Below are positions 1-10,115 of a stretch of 64,000 nt of DNA, piece after piece (position 1 is the first letter of the stretch; every line of letters begins with the position of its first letter). This DNA is from Microcoleus sp. GTDB lineage: Bacteria; Cyanobacteriota; Cyanobacteriia; Cyanobacteriales; Microcoleaceae. The stretch lies in contig CP181291.1 of the NCBI GenBank assembly GCA_052279835.1, positions 5,280,001 to 5,344,000 on the forward strand, given 5' to 3'. The notes under the pieces are model-generated. The model was not told the DNA's origin. It ran no database searches and saw nothing but the letters and a program-made list of their open reading frames with translations. The translations under genes were made by a program, and so were the position numbers.

Positions 1-374
1 AGGGTCGAAGGACCTTATTCCTTCTGCGTTCTAAAAAATAAAGAGGGCGAAAGAGAGTAGGCAATGCCCACACGCTTCCGCCCTTGCTGAATAACAGGGT
101 ATGCATATGTTTTTAAATTATGGCAGTGAGGTTTTCGATCGATCAAGAGGGCTATTGCAATCGCCCACTTTTGCTTTGATCCTGTCTTTGCAAGGCTGAA
201 ACTATTTTAAACTGGAAATTTTAATTTGACGGAAACAGCTATTCAATGGTTAGAACAAAAAACCACAAGAATTAGGTGTAATAGTCGAGGGTGATGCGAT
301 CGAACCCTTGGATAGAGAAAAACCACCCAAACAGTAAGTTATGGGTAGTTTGGTCTCGAAATTAATTTATAGTT

Positions 375-1775
375 TCAAACCCCGCTGACAACAGGTTCAG
401 GTATCTGCTGCCGCTGCCGCCGCCCAGTCATCACCATCGGCACACCGCCGGCTGGGCCTAAAGTCACCCCTCGACGCTTTGGTTGCACAGGCTGGTTCTG
501 GGCTAATACTAGGTCGAAATCGCGCAAAATTTGTGCTAACACCAGTTTCATCTCCAACTGCGCCAGGGCCATGCCGATGCAGCGCCTGCTTCCCCCTCCA
601 AAAGGGACATACTCGTAAGGGGAGAATTGCCTCTCCAAAAACCGTTCTGGTTTAAATTGCAGCGGTTCTGGATACAAGTCTTCGCGACGGTGGGTTAAAT
701 AAATCGAGCCGACCACAGCCGTACCAGGCTCTAGTTGATATCCCAGGAGTTCCACAGGGGACTTGACTACTCGCGGAAAGGTGAGCATTCCCACCGGATA
801 AATCCGCAGCGTCTCTTGACAAACGGCACTCAGGTAGGGCAAGCGGAAAATCTCCATCGGGTCGGGATTTTCCCCCAAACTGTCTAATTCTTGCAGCAGT
901 TTGTGGCGCACCGATGGCAAACTGTGAATCCAGTAAAATGCCCAAGCTAGGGCTGTGGCGGTGGTTTCGTGGCCGGCAAACAGCAGTGTCATCAACTCGT
1001 CGCGCAATTCTTCATCGGTCATCGGTTGCCCGTTTTCGTCGCGGGCGGCCATCATTAAGCTGAGAATGTCGGTACGGGTGGCATCTGGTTGGTCTCTGCG
1101 TTCGGCGATTTCAGCATAGATTAGTTCGTTGATTTGTCGTTGGCGCTGTTTCATTCGTCCCCAAGGACTCCAGGGACCCCAATCTTGCTGCATCCAGTTG
1201 AAAAATAGCATACTCGATCGCACAGGAGAACCAGTCATATCGAGAATTGAGGCAAGTAAGGGCCTGATTTGTTGCAATCGCGGGCCGTCATCCAAGCCAA
1301 AAACCGCCTGTAAGATTACCCGCATGGTGACTTCCTGCATGGCGCTGCGGGCGAAAAAAGGTCGATCTACGGACCATTTGCTGGCAACATCTAAAGCAAT
1401 ATCGCAAATTTGCTGGCCGTAGTTGCGCATCCGTTCCCCGTGAAAAGGAGGCATCAATAATTGACGCTCGCGTTTGTGCCTCATACCTGAGAGGATAATC
1501 ATGGATTGTTCTCCCAGTAAGGGTTTTAGGATGCTGTTCATGCTGCCTGGAGCTTCAAAAGCGCTACTGTTGAGCATGAACTGCACCGCTTCCGGGTGAC
1601 TGACCATCACGAAGGGTTCCAGGCTGCCCCATTGGGTTGTAAAAATGTCCCCGTATTGCTTAGCACATTTATCCATGTATGTTAACGGATCGGCAATCCA
1701 TTGAATTAGCTGCATGAAGGGCAGAGTTTTCGGGCCGTTAGGTAGTGTCATGGGAATTACCAGGGGGTTGGTCAT
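375..1775 (-). CDS. Cytochrome P450 (cyanobacterial CYP110-like)
   Basis: AGHETT I-helix, ETLR (ExxR), PERF and heme-binding FGGGSRRCIG motifs. Confidence 0.95.
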   Translation of the reverse strand: MTNPLVIPMTLPNGPKTLPFMQLIQWIADPLTYMDKCAKQYGDIFTTQWGSLEPFVMVSHPEAVQFMLNSSAFEAPGSMNSILKPLLGEQSMIILSGMRHKRERQLLMPPFHGERMRNYGQQICDIALDVASKWSVDRPFFARSAMQEVTMRVILQAVFGLDDGPRLQQIRPLLASILDMTGSPVRSSMLFFNWMQQDWGPWSPWGRMKQRQRQINELIYAEIAERRDQPDATRTDILSLMMAARDENGQPMTDEELRDELMTLLFAGHETTATALAWAFYWIHSLPSVRHKLLQELDSLGENPDPMEIFRLPYLSAVCQETLRIYPVGMLTFPRVVKSPVELLGYQLEPGTAVVGSIYLTHRREDLYPEPLQFKPERFLERQFSPYEYVPFGGGSRRCIGMALAQLEMKLVLAQILRDFDLVLAQNQPVQPKRRGVTLGPAGGVPMVMTGRRQRQQIPEPVVSGV

Positions 1776-1942
1776 CTGATTTTTATATTTTATATTTTAT
1801 ATTTTAGATTTTAAATTTTAAATTAAACGACTCAGATGGATAGGCGGGCTTGTGGTTAGGAGCGGGAATAAGACCTTTTTAATTATTATTTTTCTGAGAA
1901 GCCCCAACTAAACTTGGTGATAGTTGGGGTGCTGGCGCGGGC

Positions 1943-2551
1943 TTATTCTCGAACTGTGCTCAAAATATCCTCTCCAAGCTCTGTAAAACGAACAGTTTTA
2001 ATTTGCCAAGGAGCATAACTGGTTAAGGTTTGGCGCACGCCGCCGAACAAACTTAACATTTGACAACTAGATAAATTTTGCAATTTTTGTCGGTCGTTCC
2101 CTGATGTTCGTAAATCTACGGTGGCGACGCCCAGAGTGCGATCGATTCTAAGTCGATAACCAACCAAACCTAGACTCGTAAACACCTGCTGTTTTAACAC
2201 TTCATTCACAGCAGATGACATTAGCTGGTTGTCTGGGCCTGTAACTGTTTCCGGGTGGAGACTTTTACAATTATTGTCTACTTTATAGACCGTTACTGTG
2301 ACGGTGCTGTCTAATTCTGTGGTTCCAGTGGCTAAAACTGGCTCCACAGGACTAAATTGCTGGGACACTTGGCTAAATTTAGGGTTAATTTGATTTGGCG
2401 TTAGTTGTATGTGTCCGAACTGAGGTTGACTGGTTGCGGTTAGATCCTGATTTTCTACAGATTTAGCTGCATCTGAGCTAGAACAACTGCTGGCACTGAG
2501 CAAAATTAACCCAGCGACTAAATACCTGAAGTTTTGATAGATATTGTTCAT
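1943..2551 (-). CDS. Putative lipoprotein, GerMN/sporulation-germination-like C-terminal domain
   Basis: Signal peptide with lipobox-like LSASSC; C-terminal ATVDLR..LSSCQMLSLFGGVRQTL..WQIKTVRFT pattern typical of this cyanobacterial family. Confidence 0.6.
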   Translation of the reverse strand: MNNIYQNFRYLVAGLILLSASSCSSSDAAKSVENQDLTATSQPQFGHIQLTPNQINPKFSQVSQQFSPVEPVLATGTTELDSTVTVTVYKVDNNCKSLHPETVTGPDNQLMSSAVNEVLKQQVFTSLGLVGYRLRIDRTLGVATVDLRTSGNDRQKLQNLSSCQMLSLFGGVRQTLTSYAPWQIKTVRFTELGEDILSTVRE

Positions 2552-2951
2552 CGTTTTTAATACTCAACAAGCAATCTGTCTATTGAGAGAGAGAGTTAGT
2601 AGTAGCAAGCATTTTATACGTAATTTCACATAGTTAAAAATATTTTTTGCGTCCGTAGTACGTAAATGAAAATAAAGTGAAAAAACTGGTTAATTTCCTT
2701 TGTTTGATGTACAGTATAAAGGGCGACACCCATCAGGGGTGTTACCCTCACAACAGACGAGATGGTAAAGCTTGTAGCTCGAGTAGCAAGTGATATCCAA
2801 TACTTTGTCGGTAGTGTGATGTCACGTTTCAGGCGATACATAAGTCCTGAAAAACACAATCTCGATACCAGCGAATTTGATAGGAGCTGCGGCCCTAAAT
2901 CATTAGTTGGCAATTCTTTTGACAATTTTTATTAACCAGGGTGAGATCATC

Positions 2952-3527
2952 ATGAAATACCAATTATTGACAAAACTGGGGGTAACAACTGTGATCCCCA
3001 TCATCAGCATGACCGTTTTGTGTCAACCCAGTCACAGCAGACCTTCACAGCCGATCCAAGGGGAAGGTAGATTTTGGTGCAGCACCTCTAACAGTCAGCC
3101 TGTTACCGTTTATCAAAACCCTCAAGGTGCGATCGAGCCTTGGATTGAGTGGACTTCAGATTACTTTTCGGGTTCTGGCTATGACCCGGAAACTCGGTGT
3201 CAATTAGTCAGCCAGCGCCTCGAAACCTATCGCCGTAACCAGCAGCTCAAGTACATTACTGTGGGTGTGATGAATGGTCAAAACGTCATTTGCACCGCTA
3301 ACCAAATGAATGGCATCTGCCAAAATTTGATTTATACTCTCAAGCCCGGCCAAGATCCGATCGGCTCTTTGTATAACTTGTTGGCTTGGCGTCAAGGACA
3401 AGTCGGAATGCCCTCTTTAGACGAAGCTAGTATAATTCCTTACATAGATGTGAGGAAAAAACTAGGAGAAAATACTAATAAGATGGTACAACTGCCCCCT
3501 TTTTCCCCAGAGTCGCTTCTCCCTTAA
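2952..3527 (+). CDS. COP23-domain secreted protein
   Basis: ATG at 2952 gives a signal-peptide-like N-terminus; RFWC..WTSDYFSGSGYDPETRCQLVSQRL..G.MNGQNVIC is the COP23 signature. Confidence 0.8.
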   Translation: MKYQLLTKLGVTTVIPIISMTVLCQPSHSRPSQPIQGEGRFWCSTSNSQPVTVYQNPQGAIEPWIEWTSDYFSGSGYDPETRCQLVSQRLETYRRNQQLKYITVGVMNGQNVICTANQMNGICQNLIYTLKPGQDPIGSLYNLLAWRQGQVGMPSLDEASIIPYIDVRKKLGENTNKMVQLPPFSPESLLP

Positions 3528-3529
3528 GA

Positions 3530-4210
3530 TTGGGGCAATTTTCCATCCCATCGCCCATTCCGGGGGTGGAGGTGGAAAAGTTGGCGCGTCAAACAACGGT
3601 ACGCATTAAGACTGGGAAATTTTCTGGTTCTGGGGCGATCGTCCGATCGAGTGGGCAAATTTACACGGTGCTCACTAGCTGGCACGTTGTCGCCTTCGAT
3701 CGGGGCGATCGCACCATAGTGACCTGGGATGGCATCCTCCACAAACCTTTGCTCTCAACAGTCCAGAGACTTGGTAATACGGATCTGGCGATCGTTCAGT
3801 TTCGCAGTCATAAAGAGTATAAATTAGCACCAATCAGCCCTGAGCCAGCAGCGGTATCAGAAACTCTGCTAGCAGCAGGGTTTCCTGGGGATTCGGAGGT
3901 TGATGCTTGGGTGATGACACGGGGAGTCGTTTCGCTGGTACTACCGAAATCTTTGCCTCAAGGCTATAGCTTGGGTTATACAAATGAGGTTAAAATTGGT
4001 ATGAGTGGTGGTCCGATTTTTAATGCCAAAGGTTTGTTAGTTGGGATTAACGGTCGGGGCAAGTATCGAGATCCAAATTTTGGTGTCTATGCTTTTGAAG
4101 ATGGAAGCGAACCAACGCCGGAATTATTGGAAAAAATGGTTAAATCTAGTTGGGGAATTCCCATCAGTATATATTTGCAGTTAGCCTCGTTTCATCTAGG
4201 GAGTTACTGA
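3530..4210 (+). CDS. Trypsin-like serine protease (Trypsin_2); start uncertain
   Basis: GSGAIV, LTSWHVV (His), DLAIV (Asp), GMSGGP (Ser); only a TTG start and no signal peptide. Confidence 0.8.
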   Translation: MGQFSIPSPIPGVEVEKLARQTTVRIKTGKFSGSGAIVRSSGQIYTVLTSWHVVAFDRGDRTIVTWDGILHKPLLSTVQRLGNTDLAIVQFRSHKEYKLAPISPEPAAVSETLLAAGFPGDSEVDAWVMTRGVVSLVLPKSLPQGYSLGYTNEVKIGMSGGPIFNAKGLLVGINGRGKYRDPNFGVYAFEDGSEPTPELLEKMVKSSWGIPISIYLQLASFHLGSY

Positions 4211-5430
4211 TGAATGTGTGGAGTTTGCGGTTTGACGCACTGACAATCATCTTGACTGGTGCATTTACAGTGGCACAGGTGGTGATCCAACAATATACTG
4301 CCAGCGCCAAAACATCCCAAGAAATTGCCCAGTTAGCGATGTTGACAACTGTGGAAGTCAACAACACCATGGGTTTTGCGGGTAGTGGCTCAGGAGTAAT
4401 TATTGCGAAACAGGGTAATATTTACACTGTTTTGACAGCTAATCATGTGGTAGCAAGCCAGGCCCAAAAATACAGTATTCGCACTCATTTGGAGAAAGAT
4501 TATGCTGTCATCCGAATACAACGGCTACCGAAAAATGACAGAGATATAGACTTAGCGCTGCTACAATTTCAGAGCCAAGAACAGTATCCTGTAGCACCCA
4601 TGGGAGAGTCACAAAGTGCTGTTGTCGGTTCTCCTATTTATGTTGCTGGCTATCCGCTACCCATTGCCTCTGGAGTGGAAAAAAAACTGGAGTTTACTGC
4701 TGGTATTATCTCTTCTCGGCTCGATCGCGCATCATCGGGTTACAGACTGCGCTATCAAGCGGTGACTAGGCGAGGCATGAGTGGAGGGCCTGTATTTGAT
4801 GTTGATGGCAAAATTGTGGGAATTCACGGTCAAGGAGATACTGTGGGTACTGTGACTAGCCCGTGGAACGGTCAGAGTGAAGAGATTAAAACGGGATTAA
4901 ATTCAGCAATTCCGATCGATATTTTTCTGGGGTTACTATCACAAAATAAGCGTAACAGCTTGGATATTCTCAGCAGTCTTTCTATGAACCGGGTTTCTAA
5001 CCAAAACCAACCGAACATGAGGCCGGGGGGATTTTTGTGTGATACATCGACAGGAGAACCGATGACAGTGTATCAAAATCCCGCAGGGATTAGGGAGACT
5101 TGGATTCGGTGGAATTCTAATTTTTTTGCTAATTCTGGCTACGATCCTCTAACTCGTTGCCGACAAGTGACTCAGCGCCTAGAAAATTACAGTCGCAACC
5201 AACAGCTAAATTATGTGACTGTAGGTATGGTAAATAACCAGAAAGCGATTTGCACCAGTAGCCGCGTTAATGGACCTTGCGAAGGTTTGATCTACACCCT
5301 ACGTCGCGATCAAGATCCGATTCCTGCCCTGAGCAGTTTCTTTGTGTGGTTGGCGAATCAAAAAGCTCAGCCTTCTATTTTTGAAAGCGGGACTATACCT
5401 TATATTGATCTTAAAGAACGGCTGGAATAG
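4210..5430 (+). CDS. Trypsin-like serine protease with C-terminal COP23 domain
   Basis: ATG overlaps the upstream TGA (TGATG); LTANHVV, DLALL, GMSGGP triad; C-terminus closely resembles the 2952-3527 protein. Confidence 0.85.
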   Translation: MNVWSLRFDALTIILTGAFTVAQVVIQQYTASAKTSQEIAQLAMLTTVEVNNTMGFAGSGSGVIIAKQGNIYTVLTANHVVASQAQKYSIRTHLEKDYAVIRIQRLPKNDRDIDLALLQFQSQEQYPVAPMGESQSAVVGSPIYVAGYPLPIASGVEKKLEFTAGIISSRLDRASSGYRLRYQAVTRRGMSGGPVFDVDGKIVGIHGQGDTVGTVTSPWNGQSEEIKTGLNSAIPIDIFLGLLSQNKRNSLDILSSLSMNRVSNQNQPNMRPGGFLCDTSTGEPMTVYQNPAGIRETWIRWNSNFFANSGYDPLTRCRQVTQRLENYSRNQQLNYVTVGMVNNQKAICTSSRVNGPCEGLIYTLRRDQDPIPALSSFFVWLANQKAQPSIFESGTIPYIDLKERLE

Positions 5431-5457
5431 ACTAGGGAACCTTAATTAAATATCCGT

Positions 5458-5590
5458 GATATCAATTCCGGTGGTATCGTCAGGTGATTTAACCGCGAAG
5501 GCGCGTTCCCCGCAGGGGTTCCCGTAGGGTAGTACGCGAAGCAAGAGAAGAGAGAGTTTAATACAGGACGATGAAGAGAGGATTTTATAT
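5458..5590 (+). repeat. MITE-like dispersed repeat, family T (ends GATATCAATTCC...GGA(T/A)TTGATAT)
   Basis: Near-identical to 33875-34007 and to the reverse complements of 24612-24714 and 62742-62848. Confidence 0.8.
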
Positions 5591-5591
5591 A

Positions 5592-5707
5592 ATATCAAAT
5601 CCTCTCTTCATCGGAATAGTAAATTCGAGTTCACTGTTCACTGTTCACTGTCAACCGTCAACCGTCAACTGTCAACATCACCTGACGGTGTAACCGGAAA
5701 TGATATG
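5592..5707 (-). repeat. Second family-T element in inverted orientation, carrying heptamer (STRR-type) tandem repeats internally
   Basis: TATCAAATCCTCTCTTCATCG ... (TTCACTG)3/(TCAACYG)3 ... ATCACCTGACGGTGTAACCGGAAATGATAT. Confidence 0.7.
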
Positions 5708-5934
5708 AGTTGACCAAATTCGCCTGATAATTTAATCTAAATTTTCTCAAATTGAATTATTTTACAGTATTTTTGGGGAGCCTTATATTATTTAAATACT
5801 TGCTAAATTTAATTTGAGATGGGATAAATTTAAGTTATTTATGATAGATATAATAGAACTGATGATTTTTTGGAACACGGAAGCTATAAAATTACTGTTA
5901 CATCAATCTAATTCAAATTTTTCAGGTATCAAGC

Positions 5935-8175
5935 ATGACAGCAACTAGCCCGAAACCAACGTCAGCAACGCCAGCTTTTTGCGAAGGCATTCAATATTTT
6001 TCCGAGACAGTCCCTGGTTTTGAGACTTACGGGAAAGTACCTGCGATCGCACAGGGGAGCAAATCGATCGCCGATCCAGCCGATCCCGCCGCCGTCTTTC
6101 AAACCATGCTCGCTGCTGACGCCCTGCGCTACCTGACGCTGCAAGTAACAGCCAGCAAGGCCTCTGGACATCCGGGGGGATTTGCTAGCCAAGCCGAGGC
6201 CTACGCGGCTTTGGTGATGCTAGGACACAAGAATATTGTCACCGAAGTCGGGCATCACGCCCCCGGCTTTTACAGTGCCATGTTTCTCGATCGATCTTTG
6301 GAAGACATGGGAATTGTCAACGTACAGCAAGTGCGCGACAAATTCCGAGAAAAAGACGGTTTGTTAGGACATCTTTCCGGCTTTATTCCAGGTCTTTTAG
6401 CACCAGCAGGTCCCCTCGGACAAGGACAGCATTTTGCCATGTCAGGAGCACTTTTGCACCGCGACAAACTGTTTGCTTTTACCATGGGCGACGGTGGCAT
6501 GGGCGAACCCTATCCGATGAGCAGCATGGGACATTTTCACACTGCTTATCCACAGGCTACTAACTTTTTACCAGTATTAGTTTGGAACGGATATTCTCAA
6601 GAACATCATAGCATGGTTTCGACTAAAACCAATGCGGAAATGATTGCTTATTGGCAAGGAAATGGTTTTGAAGAAATCATCTTAATTGACGCTAAGGAAT
6701 TTGACGATAAAAATCAACCGGAAGATTATGTTGACAGCACTGCTTTTTCCCTAGAACAGCGCATGGCATTTACCAAAGCTGTTTTGGAAGGAGTTGATAA
6801 AGCTGCTAAATCTGCTCTCGGTGGCAAACTAACTGTGTTTATCATCAAACAGTTGAAAGGTGCCGGCGTGCACGCCCGCGGCTCCAAATCCCACAACCTT
6901 TATCCCAAAGATACGCTGGATGCACCGCACATTGTCAGTGCTTTAAAAGAGCGTGCTTTGACTGTGGAAGCTTGGCAATTGGTGCGGACAAATGCGGAAC
7001 GCGCGGGCGGCGGGCCTGCTGCGAAAACTGTTGTGACTGAGTTTGAATTGCCACTGGCAGATTTAGGCGAATTGCCTTTAGAGGAATTTGCTGTGGGTGG
7101 TGAAGCGAAGGTTTCGACAACTGCAATGGGACGTTTGGTAGGGAAAGTCGGTGAGCGCGATCGCACTTTTGTTGTCACTAATGCAGATGGCAACGAAGCA
7201 TCAGGAATTGCCAACATCAACCAAGCCCTGAAAATCATTCACCCTACCACAGATGACCTGTACAATCAAGGGCCAAACGGTCAAGTTTACGAACCTTTGA
7301 GTGAAGATGCTTGTGCAGGTTTAGCCGTAGGTTTGTCGCTATTCGGCGCGCGGAGTTTGTGGTGTTCTTACGAATCTTTTGCTATCAACGGTTTACCAAT
7401 TTGGCAAACTGTTACTCAAGCAATGGCCGAATTACGTCGTCCAACTCCAGCTACTGTCACCTTATTTACAGCGGGTGCTTTAGAGCAAGGCCGCAATGGT
7501 TGGACGCACCAACGCCCGGAAATTGAGGCTTATTTTGCGGCAATGATGCGGAATGGGAATGTGTTTCCTTTGTTTCCACCCGATGCTAACAGTATTCAAG
7601 CTTGTTACGATTGGGCTTTGACTGCGAAGAATAAGGGAATTGTGATTACTGCGAGTAAGTCGCCGCTACCAATTCGGACTACTTTTGCCCAGACTCGCCA
7701 AGGTTTGGAAGATGGTGCTATTGTGTTGCAAGAAATCGATCCCCCCCAAACCCCCCTTAATCAAGGGGGGAGTAAGAAAGTTGTATTTGCTGTCATTGGC
7801 GATATGAGTTTGATTCCGGTGTTTGAAGCAGCGGCATCTTTGGAAAAATCAGGTGTTGGTTCGCGGATTGTTTCTATCATCAATCCTCGGCGTTTGTATC
7901 GCCCAACTGATGTTGCTTGGGATACTTGTTCCGAGGCTGACGGTGGCTTTTTGAGCGATGACAAATTTGCCGAAATGTTTGGTGGAGATGCCTTGCTTGG
8001 TGTGATAGGCGGTGCTTCTGGGATGTTGGAACCTGTGATGCTACGGAGCAATTGTCCGCGCGATACTTTCGCTTGGAAGCGGGGGGAAACTACTGCTAGT
8101 GCTGGTGAGTTGATGGCGTTTAATGGGTTGACTGCTGATGCTTTGACTAAAAGGGCGATCGGGTTAGTTAATTAA
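5935..8175 (+). CDS. Phosphoketolase/transketolase-family TPP enzyme
   Basis: GHPGG, GHH, GPLGQG, TPP-binding GDGG...NG, LSEDAC and NGWTHQRP motifs. Confidence 0.85.
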   Translation: MTATSPKPTSATPAFCEGIQYFSETVPGFETYGKVPAIAQGSKSIADPADPAAVFQTMLAADALRYLTLQVTASKASGHPGGFASQAEAYAALVMLGHKNIVTEVGHHAPGFYSAMFLDRSLEDMGIVNVQQVRDKFREKDGLLGHLSGFIPGLLAPAGPLGQGQHFAMSGALLHRDKLFAFTMGDGGMGEPYPMSSMGHFHTAYPQATNFLPVLVWNGYSQEHHSMVSTKTNAEMIAYWQGNGFEEIILIDAKEFDDKNQPEDYVDSTAFSLEQRMAFTKAVLEGVDKAAKSALGGKLTVFIIKQLKGAGVHARGSKSHNLYPKDTLDAPHIVSALKERALTVEAWQLVRTNAERAGGGPAAKTVVTEFELPLADLGELPLEEFAVGGEAKVSTTAMGRLVGKVGERDRTFVVTNADGNEASGIANINQALKIIHPTTDDLYNQGPNGQVYEPLSEDACAGLAVGLSLFGARSLWCSYESFAINGLPIWQTVTQAMAELRRPTPATVTLFTAGALEQGRNGWTHQRPEIEAYFAAMMRNGNVFPLFPPDANSIQACYDWALTAKNKGIVITASKSPLPIRTTFAQTRQGLEDGAIVLQEIDPPQTPLNQGGSKKVVFAVIGDMSLIPVFEAAASLEKSGVGSRIVSIINPRRLYRPTDVAWDTCSEADGGFLSDDKFAEMFGGDALLGVIGGASGMLEPVMLRSNCPRDTFAWKRGETTASAGELMAFNGLTADALTKRAIGLVN
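7738..7772 (+). repeat. Family-P palindromic repeat (CCCCCCTTAATCAAGGGGGG) in-frame in the phosphoketolase gene
   Basis: GATCCCCCCCAAACCCCCCTTAATCAAGGGGGGAG matches the intergenic copy at 52511-52545; translates DPPQTPLNQGGS. Confidence 0.8.
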
Positions 8176-8247
8176 GCTAGAATCTGAGAGAATGCCCCTG
8201 CCTGGTTTTTGCTAGGTAGGGTCTATTGCGTGTTTTTAAACCCGGAG

Positions 8248-8324
8248 CTCCCCCTCGGCCCCCCTTAAAAAGGGGGGAGAATGAGCATCAAAGTCCCCCT
8301 TTTTAAGGGGGATTTAGGGGGATC
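8248..8324. repeat. Inverted doublet of the family-P palindromic repeat
   Basis: CCCCCTCGGCCCCCCTTAAAAAGGGGGGAG ... GTCCCCCTTTTTAAGGGGGATTTAGGGGGATC. Confidence 0.8.
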
Positions 8325-8376
8325 TAAATCTAATTAGAAAAGCAAGAAGACACGGGCTAGTAATATTTAAAATAGG

Positions 8377-8985
8377 ATGGTGATACCTGTGACTGCAAAA
8401 GTTTTAGAAGAAATAGGTACGCTTGGGGAACAGCGATTACTTCTACCCGGTTATTATAGTTGGGAGCAATTTGAGGCGATCGAATCTTTGATGGCAGACT
8501 CTTCTGGTTTGCGGATAACTTATCTTGATGGGTGGATTGAGTTTATGACATTGGGTGAAGATCATGAAGAGATAAAAAGTATTTTGGCTATATTTATAGC
8601 ACTTTACTTTTTTGAGAAAGGGATCAACTTTATTCCTGTAGGAAGCGCGACTCGCAGGGAGAAAACCAAAGATGTTTCATTTGAACCTGATGAGTCTTAT
8701 TATATAGGTGAAAAGAAAGAGCATCCCGATTTAGCAATAGAAGTGACGATTACTAGCGGGAGTACAAATAAACTAGCTAAGTATTTGCGACTTCGCATTC
8801 CTGAAGTCTGGTTTTGGGAAAATAATCGGCTTGATGTTTATGGGCTGCGCGAGAATGATTATGAGCAAGTTTCAAGAAGTGAGTTGTTGCCGGAGTTGGA
8901 TTTAGAATTGTTGGTGCGTTGTGTTTTAATGCCTTCAATAATTGAGGCTAGACAGGAGTTTATTAAGGGGATTCGGCGGCAGTAA
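8377..8985 (+). CDS. Uma2 (DUF820) family PD-(D/E)xK protein
   Basis: EPDESY, PDLAIEV, K.AKY...IPEVWFW motifs. Confidence 0.9.
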   Translation: MVIPVTAKVLEEIGTLGEQRLLLPGYYSWEQFEAIESLMADSSGLRITYLDGWIEFMTLGEDHEEIKSILAIFIALYFFEKGINFIPVGSATRREKTKDVSFEPDESYYIGEKKEHPDLAIEVTITSGSTNKLAKYLRLRIPEVWFWENNRLDVYGLRENDYEQVSRSELLPELDLELLVRCVLMPSIIEARQEFIKGIRRQ

Positions 8986-9256
8986 TATCGACTTTGTTCA
9001 CTAAGTATCGCTCTTGATGCGTTAGGGGCGATTCCCTACGGATATGATATTGTTCTGGGATATCGATCGCGCTATAGGGGGAAATTTACAGAGTTGGCGG
9101 TGGGGTAGTGGCTGCGATCGGAAAAAGAATCATCGTACTGTTATTGTAGCGCAGACATCGATAGCACCTATGCGATCGGTCAAAATACTGGTAAAGGCCA
9201 ACAGCTTTGAGGTAAACTAGAATTGCAGGAAGTTTCTGGAGTCTGACTAGGAAACA

Positions 9257-9520
9257 ATGAAACTGCGATCGCATATTGGATCTGATGGCATATTGCTTCT
9301 CCAAATGCCCGCTGAGTTTAAAGATACTTCTGTGGAAGTGGTGGTAGTTGTGCAGCCTCTACCATCGGAGAAAGTTAAACCGAAGTATAACGCTTGGGGA
9401 CAACTGACTACTAAACAATCAATTCAAACAGCAATTGGTAGAATGCGACAACTGCGACAAGAAATTGCCTTGGATAAAAGCTCAATCCGTTCCATGATTG
9501 AAGAAGGGCGCAGGTTTTAA
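9257..9520 (+). CDS. Putative antitoxin of a VapBC-type module
   Basis: RSHIGSDGILLLQMP N-terminus; ends SIRSMIEEGRRF; stop overlaps the ATG of a PIN remnant (TAATG). Confidence 0.6.
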   Translation: MKLRSHIGSDGILLLQMPAEFKDTSVEVVVVVQPLPSEKVKPKYNAWGQLTTKQSIQTAIGRMRQLRQEIALDKSSIRSMIEEGRRF

Positions 9521-9645
9521 TGCAGTTTGTATTGGATTGTTCTGTAGCCATTAGTTGGTGCTTAGTCGATTTGGCCCAAGCGGCAATTCGCTGCGGTGTG
9601 GAATTGGTAGTTGTTGGTGGAGAAATGCCAGAGACGGAGCGATGA
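9520..9645 (+). pseudogene. PIN/VapC toxin remnant with a large internal in-frame deletion
   Basis: 41-aa ORF joining a PIN N-terminus (MQFVLDCSVAISWCLVD) directly to a PIN C-terminus (LAQAAIRCGVEL). Confidence 0.7.
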
Positions 9646-9689
9646 TTATTAGGATATCGCTCATCAGAAACCAGAAAGGGCGATCGATC

Positions 9690-9789
9690 TTGATGCGCGA
9701 TCGGGCGATCGCGTGGGGGTGAAAAACCGGGTTTCTAAATAAAATCTCGGCGGCGATGCTTTAGTTATTTGAGAAACCCGGTTTCTGAA
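9690..9789 (+). repeat. Family-K repeat (GAAACCCGGTTTC doublet); direct repeat of 10678-10769
   Basis: About 95-bp near-identical direct repeats bracket the TA pair at 9840-10568. Confidence 0.85.
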
Positions 9790-9839
9790 CATTGACGCTT
9801 GAGTTAAACTGTGATTATAATAAATAAAGTAACTATGAA

Positions 9840-10115
9840 ATGGCAATGGCTACACTTCAGATTCAAAATCTACCCGATGAATTATACACTCGTATTCAAT
9901 GTCTTGCCTCTGAAAAAAATTTTACTCTCAATGAGGCAGTGATTCATCTATTGAAGCAATCATTTGAGTCCGACAAGGTGATGATAGATCGGGCGCAAGA
10001 AAGCGAACTAACGTCAGCAATCCTACAAAGGATTCGCAGTCGTCCCAGAGTTAACCCAAGGGATTTTGGATTAACGGATAGCACTGTTTTGATTCGAGAG
10101 GATCGCAACAGATGA
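9840..10115 (+). CDS. FitA-like ribbon-helix-helix antitoxin
   Basis: MATLQIQNLPDELY..I..LA....TLNEAVI..L pattern; ends IREDRNR; stop overlaps the next ATG. Confidence 0.75.
   Translation: MAMATLQIQNLPDELYTRIQCLASEKNFTLNEAVIHLLKQSFESDKVMIDRAQESELTSAILQRIRSRPRVNPRDFGLTDSTVLIREDRNR

Noticed and set aside
1..110. Start of a minus-strand gene running off the window edge
   Set aside because: About 35 open codons with no recognisable similarity; cannot be supported
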